DNA of 64,000 nt from contig CAYRUS010000001.1 in assembly GCA_964427735.1 (NCBI GenBank), forward strand, positions 666,756-730,755. The letters are read 5' to 3'. Below are positions 19,431-30,430 of this stretch, piece after piece (position 1 is the stretch's first letter; every line of letters begins with the position of its first letter). A program made the translations under genes and the position numbers. The stretch is from an uncultured Gammaproteobacteria bacterium. GTDB lineage: Bacteria > Patescibacteriota > Microgenomatia > UBA8517. The notes below the pieces were generated by a model. The model was not told where the DNA came from. It was given only the letters and a program-made list of their open reading frames with translations, and ran no database searches.

Positions 19431-20333
19431 ATGTCCAAACTTCTTTTAATTGATGGGAATGCAATAATTCACCGTGCTTATCATGCAATGCCTGCCTTGA
19501 CTACAAAAGATAATAAACCCGCAGGTGCTGTCTATGGTTTTATCAATATGCTGCTTCGGGTAATCCAAGATCTAGAACCAACTCATATTGCAGTATGTTT
19601 TGATAGACCAGAGCCAACATTTAGAAAAGAAATATTCAAAGAGTATCAGTCTCACAGACCGGAAATGGATGAAGATTTAGGAGTCCAGTTTGCTACAGTC
19701 AAGAGCGTATTGGAGGCAATGAATATACCGGTGTTTGATAAGGCAGGGTATGAAGCAGATGATCTGATTGGGACTTTAGCAAAAAAAGGAAAAAACAAGG
19801 TGTTTGATCAGGTTATTATTGTTACAGGAGACAAAGACATACTTCAGTTAGTGGACGACAAAGTAAAAGTTTATCTACCTATTCGAGGACTATCTAATGC
19901 AAAACTTTTTGGGAAAAAAGAAGTAAAAGAAAAACTTGGAGTTGAACCAGAGCAGATAGTAGATTTAAAGGCATTAATGGGAGATCCTTCAGACAATTAT
20001 CCAGGTGTTTTTGGCATTGGTCCAAAAACAGCAATAAAATTATTACAAAAATACAAAAGTTTTCCCGACATATACAAAAATTTAAATTCGATAGAAGACA
20101 ATATCGCCAAAAAGCTACAAGACGGAAAAGAAAATGGAGAAATTTCGTACAAATTAGCAAGAATTAATACAGAAGTAGATTTTGAGTATGATTTAGACAA
20201 TATGGTTAAGTGGAGGATTGACAGTGTAGAAGTGATATCTTTATTTGAAGATTTAGGGTTTAAAACACCTATAAAAAGGGTAATGGATGTTGCCGCAAAA
20301 ATTAATACAAGCGGACAGGATAGCTTATTTTAA
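19431..20333 (+). CDS. Stand-alone 5'-3' exonuclease/flap endonuclease (PolA N-terminal domain)
   Basis: LIDGN, YEADD, TGDKD, GDPSDN, GIGPKTA. Confidence 0.92.
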   Translation: MSKLLLIDGNAIIHRAYHAMPALTTKDNKPAGAVYGFINMLLRVIQDLEPTHIAVCFDRPEPTFRKEIFKEYQSHRPEMDEDLGVQFATVKSVLEAMNIPVFDKAGYEADDLIGTLAKKGKNKVFDQVIIVTGDKDILQLVDDKVKVYLPIRGLSNAKLFGKKEVKEKLGVEPEQIVDLKALMGDPSDNYPGVFGIGPKTAIKLLQKYKSFPDIYKNLNSIEDNIAKKLQDGKENGEISYKLARINTEVDFEYDLDNMVKWRIDSVEVISLFEDLGFKTPIKRVMDVAAKINTSGQDSLF

Positions 20334-21448
20334 TGAAAGTAGTAATTGTTCATGATTATTTAATCGATTACGGTGGAGCCGAAAAAGTCCTCCTTTCTTT
20401 ACATGAACTTTATCCCAAAGCTCCTATTTATGTGTCTGTCCTTGATAAAAAACGCATGGGGAAGTTTATGGATGATTTTAAGAATGCAGATATTCGTCAA
20501 AGTTGGTTTGGCAGACTTCCTTTTACCTCGAAGTTTATTTCTCCTCTAAGATTTCTCCTCCCCTGGATTTGGGGAAGTTTTGATTTTTCAGATTATGATT
20601 TAATAATATCTTCTTCTAGTTGGGCAGTAACTAAAGGATTTAAAAAAGGCAAAAAAACAATTGAGATTTCTTATACTCACACACCTCCTAGATATTTGTA
20701 TGGCTATGATATGTCAAGGAAATGGCAAGAAAAGTGGTACAAAAATCTCATCAAATTATATTCGCTTATTGTTAATCATTTTATGAGGATGTATGACTTT
20801 GATCAGGCACAGAAAGTTGATCATTTTATTGTAAATTCAGAAAACGTGGGTAAAAGGGTAGCTAAGTTTTACAGAAGAGAATATGAAGTAATTTATCCAC
20901 CAGTTGAAGTGGATAAATTTATGAACGACAAAATTAAACCTATTGAGGAAGATTATTTTCTTACAGGTGGTAGACTTGTAGCGGCAAAAAATTTTGATTT
21001 GATAATAAAAGCGTGCATTAAGGAAAATATACCTTTAAAAATATTCGGTTCAGGGATAGACGAAGAAAGGCTTAGAAGTTTTGCAAAAGGGAAAAAGGTA
21101 GAGTTTTTAGGTAAGTTACCTGATGAAAAACTAATAGCTTATTTTAAGGGAGCTAAAGCATTTATTGTTGCACAAAAAGATGAAGATTTTGGGATGACAT
21201 TAGTTGAGTCTATGGCGGCTGGGACTCCTGTTATTGCCTATAAAGGCGGTGGTTATGTAGAAAGTGTTGTTGAAGGCGAGACGGGTTTGTTTTTTGAGGA
21301 GCTTAATGTAAATTCTTTAGCCAAGACAATAAAAAAGTTTGAGAAAATGAAGTTTAACAAAAAAACTCTTGAGTCCCATGCTAAAAAATTTTCAAAAGAG
21401 AGGTTTAAGAGGGAAATAAGTGAGTTTGTGGAGGAAAAGGTTGGATGA
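20333..21448 (+). CDS. GT4 glycosyltransferase
   Basis: HDYLxxxGGAE, HTPPRY, EDFGMTLVESMAAGTPV. Confidence 0.92.
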   Translation: MKVVIVHDYLIDYGGAEKVLLSLHELYPKAPIYVSVLDKKRMGKFMDDFKNADIRQSWFGRLPFTSKFISPLRFLLPWIWGSFDFSDYDLIISSSSWAVTKGFKKGKKTIEISYTHTPPRYLYGYDMSRKWQEKWYKNLIKLYSLIVNHFMRMYDFDQAQKVDHFIVNSENVGKRVAKFYRREYEVIYPPVEVDKFMNDKIKPIEEDYFLTGGRLVAAKNFDLIIKACIKENIPLKIFGSGIDEERLRSFAKGKKVEFLGKLPDEKLIAYFKGAKAFIVAQKDEDFGMTLVESMAAGTPVIAYKGGGYVESVVEGETGLFFEELNVNSLAKTIKKFEKMKFNKKTLESHAKKFSKERFKREISEFVEEKVG

Positions 21449-21503
21449 AATTTAGAAAATCAACTTATATACGGAAGTCTTGTTTGTAAACTGAAACCCC
21501 TAA

Positions 21504-22064
21504 CTAGCTTTCTAGCTTATGCAATCTGGATTGGAGGCAATATAAAGATAAATAATAAGCGGCTTGTAACTTTTCAAATTGATTTAATTCAGCTAAATAG
21601 TGTTCTTTTCGGGATTGATGGCCTGATACTAATACAAATGGTTTTCCTCGTCCATATCTGTGCGTAGGTTCTGTGACTGATAAATTTAAATGATACTCTC
21701 CTTTTTGATCTAATATTTCTAATGTAGACACTTTAACTTCAGTATTGTTTTCGACTGCTTTGACATTAATATTCATCTCATAAATTGGATCTAAAGTTCC
21801 CATAATTGTGTTACTAAGTCTTTCAGACATATTAAACCTTTCAGCAGAATGATAATAAATAAGTTCACTACCGGATGATTCAAATTGTTCTCCTGCTTTG
21901 TATAGTATATTTATATGTTTAAAAAATCCTTCAAGAAATGTAGGAGTTAATTCATTTTCAATTTGTTGAGCTTCTAATCCTTTTAATATACTTAATTGGT
22001 CTGGAGAGATGTTTAATTCATTTTTCATTAGTATAAATATAATTAAAAAACAAAAAAACGTCAA
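21504..22064 (-). CDS. Hypothetical protein
   Basis: Long ORF only; probable start MKNEL. Confidence 0.55.
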   Translation of the reverse strand: MTFFCFLIIFILMKNELNISPDQLSILKGLEAQQIENELTPTFLEGFFKHINILYKAGEQFESSGSELIYYHSAERFNMSERLSNTIMGTLDPIYEMNINVKAVENNTEVKVSTLEILDQKGEYHLNLSVTEPTHRYGRGKPFVLVSGHQSRKEHYLAELNQFEKLQAAYYLSLYCLQSRLHKLES

Positions 22065-22144
22065 TAGTAAATATATATGAGTATTGGCTTTTTTGAATTA
22101 AAATATAGTCATAAATTATTAGAAATTGCTGATATAATAAGTCC

Positions 22145-22999
22145 ATGCCGGAGCTTCCTGAAGTAGAGACAATAAGAATTCAATTGGAAAAATTTATTGT
22201 AGGACATAAAGTAGAAGATATAAAAATCAACAACGAAAGATCTTTCCTAGGAAACAAACAAAATATCATTGGTGCAAAGATAAAAAGTGTTAGAAGATTT
22301 GGAAAAGTTTTGTCAGTAGATTTTGATAATGACTACTCAGCAGTAATACATGTAAAAATGACAGGACAGTTAATTTATACAGGTCCATATTTAGAATCGC
22401 CTCCAAAACAGAGTAAAAAAATAGTTGGTGGTGTTCCGGGGAGACACACTCATGTGGTTTTTGAGCTAGATAAGAATGGTGTTTTATACTTTAATGATCT
22501 TCGGAAATTTGGCTGGATTAAAGTTGTCCCAACAAATGAAGTACAAAAAATTGGTCTTATTAATAAAATGGGGCCAGAGCCATTAAACGATCTTACTTTG
22601 GATAAATTTAAAGAAATAATTAGATCAACAAAAAGATCAATAAAAGTTTTGTTGATGGATCAATCAAAAATTGGCGGAGTAGGAAATATTTATGCAAATG
22701 ATGCTTTGTATCTTGCCAAAATTCATCCAGAAAGACAAGCAAACAGCTTGAATGAGAATGAAATAAAAGATCTTTTTGAGAGAATCGAGGAAGTTCTTAA
22801 AAAGGGAATTTCTACTAAAGGTTCTAGTGAAAATTCTTATGTGACTCCTGATGGATCGGAAGGTACCTACCAAAACCACACTGTAGTTTATGGTAAAGAT
22901 GGAGAAAAATGTGAACGTTGCGGATCTATCATCCAAAAATCTAAAGTAGGTGGAAGAGGAACTTATTTTTGTCCTAAATGTCAGAATATCTCAATTTAG
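22145..22999 (+). CDS. mutM: Formamidopyrimidine-DNA glycosylase
   Basis: MPELPEVE, GNIYA, C-terminal Zn finger RGTYFCPKCQ. Confidence 0.96.
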   Translation: MPELPEVETIRIQLEKFIVGHKVEDIKINNERSFLGNKQNIIGAKIKSVRRFGKVLSVDFDNDYSAVIHVKMTGQLIYTGPYLESPPKQSKKIVGGVPGRHTHVVFELDKNGVLYFNDLRKFGWIKVVPTNEVQKIGLINKMGPEPLNDLTLDKFKEIIRSTKRSIKVLLMDQSKIGGVGNIYANDALYLAKIHPERQANSLNENEIKDLFERIEEVLKKGISTKGSSENSYVTPDGSEGTYQNHTVVYGKDGEKCERCGSIIQKSKVGGRGTYFCPKCQNISI

Positions 23000-23039
23000 C
23001 AAACATAAATTCAGAATTATTTAAGAAAAATTTTTTGTA

Positions 23040-23786
23040 ATGGAAAGATCCAAGAGAATTAATGTTTCTTCAAAGGAATTTGGCAATTATGGAGAATTGG
23101 TAATGTTTGATTCAGTCGGACAAGAATTTGCTGCTGATTACACCTTTCTTTCAAGACTTGATATCTATGATATTGGTTTGATTCCGAATGTCGGGGTGGG
23201 AATTGATTTAAATATTGGTGGTTTTTCCAAGGATGCCGGTACTTTTGATGTAAGAGGTTGGTATCCTTTAGCAAAAATCCCAGAATCACTAAGAGATAAG
23301 GTTGAGGTTTTGGCAATGGAGGCAAAAGGTTTTAAATGGGATTTACATTTGACAAAAATTCAATTACTTGACGCCGGAAGAATTACCAATCCTGTCGTTG
23401 AGGTTTTAAGAAATAATAATGAGTATTTTATTCCAGATGTTACAGATTACTTAAGGATTCGTTTATTAGGAGGGCGAGGAGGTGTAGGTGAAAAATTCGA
23501 TTTAGATTTTAGAGAGGATCTTGTTCCGGCAAAAGTAGTTAGAGTTAGGACTAAAGAATTAAAAATACATACTTCAAGTGACATGTCATCAAGCTATATC
23601 ACTTTGGGTGGAAGAGAATTGTTTATAGTTATTCCGGAAAGTGAAGATTCAGTTAAAAAATATGCAACAAACGCAAGTATTTTAAGTGTATTAGGCAATA
23701 AAGATCTTGGTTTGTCAGACAAATGGTGGTTTAGAGGAGTTATTGAGAGGTCAGATTTTAATCTTATTGAATGGGATGGCGATTAG
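23040..23786 (+). CDS. Hypothetical protein, possible PD-(D/E)xK nuclease fold
   Basis: ORF; GQE...FDVRG...AMEAKG spacing. Confidence 0.5.
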   Translation: MERSKRINVSSKEFGNYGELVMFDSVGQEFAADYTFLSRLDIYDIGLIPNVGVGIDLNIGGFSKDAGTFDVRGWYPLAKIPESLRDKVEVLAMEAKGFKWDLHLTKIQLLDAGRITNPVVEVLRNNNEYFIPDVTDYLRIRLLGGRGGVGEKFDLDFREDLVPAKVVRVRTKELKIHTSSDMSSSYITLGGRELFIVIPESEDSVKKYATNASILSVLGNKDLGLSDKWWFRGVIERSDFNLIEWDGD

Positions 23787-23841
23787 ATAAAATAAATAAA
23801 AGTCATTTTGCACTAACTTCAAATGATATAATCACCGATAG

Positions 23842-24924
23842 ATGAAACTTTCAAAAATTTATCTATCTAATTTCCGAAATTTTGAGGAAAAATTAATTGA
23901 GTTTTCGGATAGGACGACTGTTTTTATCGGGGATAATGCTGTAGGGAAAACAAATATTCTTGAATCAATTTATTTGCTCTCTCTTGGTAAAAGCTTCAAA
24001 GCCACAAAAGAAGAAGAAATGATCAATTACAATGTAGAAATTGCTAGGGTAAAAGGTCTTTTAGAAAAAGATGGTGAAAGTTATAAACCGGAAATAGTTT
24101 TGACTCGAGGATATATCACGATTGATGAAGAATCAGGAAAGAAAGAAAAAGTAGGAAGAAAGCGACTTTTATTGAATGGTGTAGGAAAACGGTTGGTGGA
24201 TTTTTCCGGTAACTTTAAATCAGTATTGTTTAGTCCTCAGGATATGGATTTAGTCACAGAGTCCCCAAGTATAAGAAGAAAATTTCTTGATAATGTTTTA
24301 TTTCAAGTAGATAGGGAATACAGGCGTTCTTTAATCTCATATAACAAAGGTTTACGTAGAAGGAACAAAGTGCTAAAAAAAATTCGTGATGAAGGTGCTC
24401 CGCGAAGTCAGTTATTGTTTTGGGATAAACTTTTAATAAAAAACGGTGATTATATTGTAAACAAGCGAGAAGAATTTATAGATTTTGCTAATTCTCAAGA
24501 CATAAAAATAGATAAAAATTATTCAATTTTGTATGACAAAAGCGGTATTAGTGAGGCTAGATTGAAAAAATATTCTAATGAAGAAGTAGCAGCGGCTACA
24601 ACATTAGTTGGACCGCACAGAGATGATTTTATATTTAAAATGAAAAAAGATGACACCTCAGAAGATGAATTGGCACTTTATGGTTCTAGAGGAGAACAAA
24701 GAATGGGAGTACTTTGGTTAAAATTATCCGAGGTTATTTTTATCGAAGATCAGACAAAAGAAAAGCCACTGCTTTTGCTTGATGATATATTTTCTGAATT
24801 AGATTCTGAACATAGAGAAATTGTTCTTAATATTTCCAAAAATCAACAAACAGTCATAACTACTGCAGATTCACAGTTTGTTGAGGGTATGAGCGGTGTG
24901 GAAAAAATTGAAATTAGCGGTTAA
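23842..24924 (+). CDS. recF: DNA replication/repair protein RecF
   Basis: NFRN, GDNAVGKTN, GPHRDD, SRGEQ, LLLDDIFSELD. Confidence 0.95.
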   Translation: MKLSKIYLSNFRNFEEKLIEFSDRTTVFIGDNAVGKTNILESIYLLSLGKSFKATKEEEMINYNVEIARVKGLLEKDGESYKPEIVLTRGYITIDEESGKKEKVGRKRLLLNGVGKRLVDFSGNFKSVLFSPQDMDLVTESPSIRRKFLDNVLFQVDREYRRSLISYNKGLRRRNKVLKKIRDEGAPRSQLLFWDKLLIKNGDYIVNKREEFIDFANSQDIKIDKNYSILYDKSGISEARLKKYSNEEVAAATTLVGPHRDDFIFKMKKDDTSEDELALYGSRGEQRMGVLWLKLSEVIFIEDQTKEKPLLLLDDIFSELDSEHREIVLNISKNQQTVITTADSQFVEGMSGVEKIEISG

Positions 24925-25156
24925 AATTAGAAAGATGAACAAATCAAACAAAGAAATTCCCTCCAGGAGTCTTTTTACACAAGTAGCTAAGGGAGTGTTT
25001 AGACCGACAACAGAAGTTGAACAGAACCATAAGAATAGCACTAATAGTACCCAACAATCAGAAGGTGGTAGCAGTGAATCAACAAAAAAGAAAAAGAAGC
25101 ATACAACAGGGCACTCGCATGCGGCACATATTGAAGCCGCTCTGGATAAAGACTAA
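24896..25156 (+). CDS. Small hypothetical low-complexity protein
   Basis: ORF; probable start MNKSN. Confidence 0.4.
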   Translation: MWKKLKLAVKIRKMNKSNKEIPSRSLFTQVAKGVFRPTTEVEQNHKNSTNSTQQSEGGSSESTKKKKKHTTGHSHAAHIEAALDKD

Positions 25157-25162
25157 CTTTTA

Positions 25163-25495
25163 TTATTCTTTCTTTTCTACCCCGGCAATCTTGCTTAAGT
25201 TGTAAGTAACAAAAACAGCCAAAAACGTAACAATGACTGCATAGACAAAATGTGATACAAGTGCAGAGTCTTCCCCAAAAAGCGGTTGTATGTAAACATT
25301 TATCAATTCTTTGACAAATTCATTCCATGCAAGAGCAGCTACAAGCCCAAACCCAGAGGTCATTAGTTTTAAGGTTTTATCGGCAAACTCTTTTCTAAAA
25401 GCGGCTGCTTCTTTTGCTATTTTACTTTGGAGACGCTTTTCCACTTCGTGCTCGATTTGTTTTTTAGTTTCCTTGTCTAAATGTTTAGCTGCCAT
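25163..25495 (-). CDS. DUF5654-like membrane protein
   Basis: GFGLVAALAWN motif, two TM helices. Confidence 0.8.
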   Translation of the reverse strand: MAAKHLDKETKKQIEHEVEKRLQSKIAKEAAAFRKEFADKTLKLMTSGFGLVAALAWNEFVKELINVYIQPLFGEDSALVSHFVYAVIVTFLAVFVTYNLSKIAGVEKKE

Positions 25496-25581
25496 AAATT
25501 TTAGTATATCTAAAAATTATCCAAATTCATATTTAAGTATTTGCAAGTAGTGAGATTGTATGTATAGAATAAATACGTCTC

Positions 25582-26457
25582 ATGAATGTTTTTGACGGAA
25601 AAGGGCTACAAAATCTTTATCAACCAAAAAAAAACTCAAACGGTGAGGATAATGGTCAGATAACAATTATTGGTGGAAGCAAGCTTTTCCACGGAGCTCC
25701 TCTTTTTTCTTTAAAAACTGCTTCAAGAATTGTAGATATGGTTTTTTTTGCAACTCCCGAAAAGTCTGTTGGCTATGTTGCGGAGAAAATAAAATCCCAG
25801 TTGTTGTCATTTATCTGGATACCTTGGGAGGAAGTTGAGGAGTATATACAAAAAAGCGACGCTATACTAATAGGACCTGGATTTATGCGGTACTCATCTG
25901 AATCTGATGGACACAAATATGATACTGAATTTTGTGATGATGAATGCAAACAGACAAGAGAAATAACTAAACAGTTTCTAACTAAGTATTCAAAGAAAAA
26001 ATGGGTAATTGACGCAGGAAGTCTCCAAACGATGGAGGATATTTGGATACCTGAAGGAGCAATTATTACACCAAATAGAAAAGAGTTTGAGATTCTTTTT
26101 AAAATTAAAGGAGGAAAGGGTAAAAAAAAGATAACAGAGTTAGTTAGTAAAATGGCAAAAAATTATAAATGCACAATTGTACTTAAAGGACCAGAAACTA
26201 TAGTTTGTTCGCCAGATGATTGTATGGTGGTAAAAGGTGGTAATCCGGGGCTAACCAAGGGCGGAACAGGTGATGTGTTGGCGGGACTAACAACTGCTTT
26301 GTTTGCAAAAAATGATGCATTTTTATCTGCATTAGCTGCAAGTTATGTACAAAAAAAAGCTGCAGATGTTATTTATAAAGATAAAGGTCCTTATTATAAT
26401 TCAGATGACCTTGCAGATTTTATACCTGACGTCTTATTCAAGGAAGTAAAAAATTGA
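25582..26457 (+). CDS. nnrD: NAD(P)H-hydrate dehydratase
   Basis: IIGGS..GAP, IGPG, VIDA, TPN, LKG, GGTGDVLAG. Confidence 0.88.
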   Translation: MNVFDGKGLQNLYQPKKNSNGEDNGQITIIGGSKLFHGAPLFSLKTASRIVDMVFFATPEKSVGYVAEKIKSQLLSFIWIPWEEVEEYIQKSDAILIGPGFMRYSSESDGHKYDTEFCDDECKQTREITKQFLTKYSKKKWVIDAGSLQTMEDIWIPEGAIITPNRKEFEILFKIKGGKGKKKITELVSKMAKNYKCTIVLKGPETIVCSPDDCMVVKGGNPGLTKGGTGDVLAGLTTALFAKNDAFLSALAASYVQKKAADVIYKDKGPYYNSDDLADFIPDVLFKEVKN

Positions 26458-26500
26458 GATTGATTATTACCGCATATTCTCCGTATAATTACTAAAGAAA

Positions 26501-27562
26501 ATGTACTCGCCAAAGTATTCAATATCAAACCAAATATTAAAAAACATCGGTGAGATAGAGGCTGCTAAGGAGGTAGTTGAAAACGCTCCACTAGTTCCTA
26601 GATTTGAAAAGCAGTTCAAAACCGATGCCCTTGTTAGAACAGTTCACCACGGAACTCATATTGAAGGAAATGATTTGAGTCTTGATCAGACAAGAGCAGT
26701 TCTTGAAGGTGAAAGTGTTGTCGCAAAAGAAAGAGATGTTCAGGAGGTTATTAACTACAGGAATGTGATGGATCTTTTGGATGAATACAAAAATGAAGAT
26801 AAATACACAGTGGAAATGCTTAAAAACATGCAAAGATATTGTGTTTTTAGAATTGTTCCAGAAGACAAAGTTGGAGTTTTTCGAAATACTCAAGTTGTTA
26901 TAAAAAATGAAGGAACTGGAGAAGTGATTATGAGGCCTCCTCCTGCAGTGCAAGTATCCTACATGGTGGAGGACTTCATTGATTGGTTAAATAGGCCAGA
27001 GGGAAAAGATATCCATCCTGTAATAAAGGCGGGTATAGCCCATTATGTGCTTGTTGCAATTCATCCTTTTGTTGAGGGAAATGGAAGAAGTGCAAGGGCA
27101 TTTGCAAGTCTTGTATTACTCAAGGAAAATTATGATATAAAACGATTTTTTGCTTTAGAGGAGCATTTTGATCATAACCCTGCGGGGTACTATGAAGCAT
27201 TTGCAGAAGTGGATAAGCAATCTGAGAATATTGCTGTCAGAGATCTGACTCCGTGGCTTGAGTATTTTACTAAAGTAGTGGCAATAGAGCTTACGAAGAT
27301 AAAAGAGGCTATAAGAAAGCTTTCGATAGACAGCCAAATAAAGATAAAAATCGGGCAGCAAATTAGTCTATCTGAAAGACAGATGAAACTGGTGGAATAT
27401 TTAGGACAAAACGGTGAAGCAAAAATGCAGGATCTTAAATCTGTGCTACCCATGGTATCAGAAGACACTGTTTTAAGAGATTTAAAAGATCTGATAGATA
27501 AAAAGATAGTCAAGAAAAAAGGAAAAACAAAAGCTGCTCGTTATCTTATGGTGGGGAAATAA
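26501..27562 (+). CDS. Fic-family protein with C-terminal winged HTH
   Basis: HPFVEGNGRSAR; N-terminal THIEGN; SEDTVLRDL HTH. Confidence 0.92.
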   Translation: MYSPKYSISNQILKNIGEIEAAKEVVENAPLVPRFEKQFKTDALVRTVHHGTHIEGNDLSLDQTRAVLEGESVVAKERDVQEVINYRNVMDLLDEYKNEDKYTVEMLKNMQRYCVFRIVPEDKVGVFRNTQVVIKNEGTGEVIMRPPPAVQVSYMVEDFIDWLNRPEGKDIHPVIKAGIAHYVLVAIHPFVEGNGRSARAFASLVLLKENYDIKRFFALEEHFDHNPAGYYEAFAEVDKQSENIAVRDLTPWLEYFTKVVAIELTKIKEAIRKLSIDSQIKIKIGQQISLSERQMKLVEYLGQNGEAKMQDLKSVLPMVSEDTVLRDLKDLIDKKIVKKKGKTKAARYLMVGK

Positions 27563-27668
27563 GATTTATCTTTTCCCGAATGTTTGCCTCTTTTTAATTA
27601 AATTCATATAATACACACTTAATATAGTTAATTGCAGTTTTGTCAACTGAGTTTGGCGTTTTTGTATT

Positions 27669-28673
27669 ATGTGGAAAGAAGTTTTTAAAAATAAAACAGA
27701 AAAAAGAAAATTAAGTGCTAGTTTACGTGATTTTCCAAACATCAAATATAAAAAGAACTTTGATCCTATTTTATTGATATCTGAGAATGCTGGAGTTATC
27801 AAAGAGTCTTGTCAAAAAAATATTAAAAACGGATCTAAGAAAACTACCTCCGAAGTAGTTGTTTTGAGACGCGAAGAAAATCTATCAAATGTCACTTTAG
27901 GCTTTAGAGTGGATGGCTGGGTACGCTATCCAATCATAAGAGACGATAAAGTCAGTTGGCATTGGCTTAAATGCGAGAAAAATAGATTAAACACACAAAA
28001 TGGAAATGGAATATATGAAATCTCTCGTTTGTCTGACTTAGAAGAACATGAAGTTAATTTGTATAAAGCTATATCAATATTACGCGCTGACATTGATACC
28101 CTTAAAAGGGAGCCAGAGAATTATCTTAAGTCTGACAAAAATATTGATTTACGTATTTGGGTTTATACTTTACGCTCTTCTACTCTTAACCTTGCACGCA
28201 ACGACCCTAATGACAGGTTAACATCAATGTTATTATATGAACACAGCAGGTTTGAAATTTTTCTTTCCAGAGCTGTTGCGTGTGGCAAAATTAAACTTTC
28301 GGATAAAATGTTTGTTGATAGTTTGGTACACCCAATGGAACTTACTCGCTATAGAGCTAGACTTGGCTGGATGGTAGAGAAAACAGAAGAACAAGTTACG
28401 GAATTTTTAAGGGAGTATAAAAAAGGTATTTATGATCCAAAAAAAGTTCAAGGTTTAAAGAAAGCTTATGAAATACTTGATAGTTTATATAAACATTCAT
28501 ATAGGATGAAAGAATCAGCGAATGAGTATTTTTCAGATGAAGTTATAAATTTGTATAGTAAGGATGACTTTTCTGGTGTTAGCTTGTTAAATTGGTTATA
28601 TAGGCTAGATAACAAAATGAGAGGAGTAAGTATAATAGAAAAAGTTGAAGCAAAAGCAACAGATTCAGAGTAA
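27669..28673 (+). CDS. Hypothetical protein
   Basis: 334-aa ORF, no recognised motif. Confidence 0.55.
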   Translation: MWKEVFKNKTEKRKLSASLRDFPNIKYKKNFDPILLISENAGVIKESCQKNIKNGSKKTTSEVVVLRREENLSNVTLGFRVDGWVRYPIIRDDKVSWHWLKCEKNRLNTQNGNGIYEISRLSDLEEHEVNLYKAISILRADIDTLKREPENYLKSDKNIDLRIWVYTLRSSTLNLARNDPNDRLTSMLLYEHSRFEIFLSRAVACGKIKLSDKMFVDSLVHPMELTRYRARLGWMVEKTEEQVTEFLREYKKGIYDPKKVQGLKKAYEILDSLYKHSYRMKESANEYFSDEVINLYSKDDFSGVSLLNWLYRLDNKMRGVSIIEKVEAKATDSE

Positions 28674-28682
28674 AATGAAGAT

Positions 28683-30386
28683 ATGGATTTTTCAAAACTT
28701 TCAGAATACCTCGATAATCTAGAGCAAACGACTTCACGAAATGATATAACTGTTGTTTTATCAGACCTATTAAAGGAATCGAATGAAGAAGTTGTTGCGA
28801 AAGTAGTTTATTTGATTTTAGGAAAAATTTCTCCGTCTTATGAGTCAACCGTTTTTAATATTGCAGAAAGAATGGTTGTAGAGACTATAGCAAGGGCATA
28901 CGATACTACTAAAGAAGAAGTCATTAGTCTGTACAAAGAAAGAGGTGATTTGGGAGATGTTGCTTATTATTTAGCAGAAAAAGGAGAGAAAATACAAAAA
29001 CCTCTAGATGTGAATAGGGTTTTTGATGCACTTGTGGATATTGCCAAAGAAGATGGTCAAGGAAGTGTAGAGAAAAAAATATCAAAATTTGCAATTCTTC
29101 TAAAAAGTTTAGACCCATTGAGTGTAAAGTATGTGACAAGGATACCGTTGGGGAAATTAAGATTGGGTTTTAGTGAAAAAACTGTAATTGATGCTATTTC
29201 CTGGATGGAAAAAGGTGACAAGTCTGCTAGTAAGCAGTTGTCAAAAGCATATAATGTATTACCTGACGCAGGACTCCTTGCACAGAAAGCAAAAAAAGTT
29301 GGTATTGAAAAAGCTGTCAAAGAAATAGAGCCTCAGATTGGTGTGCCTATTCTTCCAATGCTTGCACAAAGGCTGAGGAGTGCAAAAGAAATGGTTGATA
29401 AAATGGGGGAAGTAGCAGTTGAACCTAAGCTGGATGGTTTGCGTCTTCAGATTCATTATAAGAAGGGTGAAAACCCAAAAGCCTTTACCAGAAATTTAAA
29501 CGAAACTTCTTGGATGTTTCCAGAACTTCAAAATATTAAACATGAAATTGATTCAGACGAAGTAATTTTAGATGTAGAAGCTGTTGGTTTGAGCGAAGAT
29601 ACAAAAAAACTAGCAAATTTTCAGACCACTATGACAAGAAGGCGAAAGCACGATATAGATGAATCGGCAGATAAAGTACCAATTAGGTTTTATGCTTTCG
29701 ATATTTTATTTAAAAATAATGAAGAACTTTTGCATCTAAAGTATCTAGAAAGAAGAAAGATATTAGAAGAAACTATTAAAAGTAAAGAGACTTTACAACT
29801 TGTGGATTATATAGTAACAGATAACCCAAAAATTATCATTCAAAAGCACCATGAATATTTAGCAGAAGGACTAGAGGGAATAATTGTAAAAAGCATAGAT
29901 GGTAAATATATATCCGGCAGGACTGGTTGGCGTTGGGTAAAGATGAAAGAGCCTGAGGGGAAAGAAGCAAAGCTTTCTGATACGATAGATGTTGTAGTTA
30001 TGGGTTACACTCAAGGGCGTGGAAAAAGAGCACAGTTTGGTATTGGGCAATTTTTAGCTGGAATTAGGGATGGTGAAGAAATAAAAACTGTAACAAAGGT
30101 GGGAACAGGATTAACTGATGATCAATTTCGCGAGCTACACCAAAGATTGGAGAAAATAAAGACAGTGAGTAAGCCAAGACAATATGAAGTGAATAAAAAT
30201 TTAGAACCAGATTTTTGGGTTGAGCCTAAACTTGTCGTAGAGCTTGCTGCAGATGAAATAACAAAAAGCCCAATCCATACTGCTGGGTATGCTCTAAGAT
30301 TTCCAAGACTTGTTAATTTCAGAGATGATAAAAGTGCAAAGGAAGCTACTACAATAAAAGAGTTGATGGATATTAGTGGATTATAA
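28683..30386 (+). CDS. lig: ATP-dependent DNA ligase
   Basis: KLDG, FDIL, EGIIVK, WVKMK, LRFPR. Confidence 0.95.
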   Translation: MDFSKLSEYLDNLEQTTSRNDITVVLSDLLKESNEEVVAKVVYLILGKISPSYESTVFNIAERMVVETIARAYDTTKEEVISLYKERGDLGDVAYYLAEKGEKIQKPLDVNRVFDALVDIAKEDGQGSVEKKISKFAILLKSLDPLSVKYVTRIPLGKLRLGFSEKTVIDAISWMEKGDKSASKQLSKAYNVLPDAGLLAQKAKKVGIEKAVKEIEPQIGVPILPMLAQRLRSAKEMVDKMGEVAVEPKLDGLRLQIHYKKGENPKAFTRNLNETSWMFPELQNIKHEIDSDEVILDVEAVGLSEDTKKLANFQTTMTRRRKHDIDESADKVPIRFYAFDILFKNNEELLHLKYLERRKILEETIKSKETLQLVDYIVTDNPKIIIQKHHEYLAEGLEGIIVKSIDGKYISGRTGWRWVKMKEPEGKEAKLSDTIDVVVMGYTQGRGKRAQFGIGQFLAGIRDGEEIKTVTKVGTGLTDDQFRELHQRLEKIKTVSKPRQYEVNKNLEPDFWVEPKLVVELAADEITKSPIHTAGYALRFPRLVNFRDDKSAKEATTIKELMDISGL

Positions 30387-30430
30387 GTGTATTTGATAAC
30401 TACTACATCCTATATTATAATATTTACACA

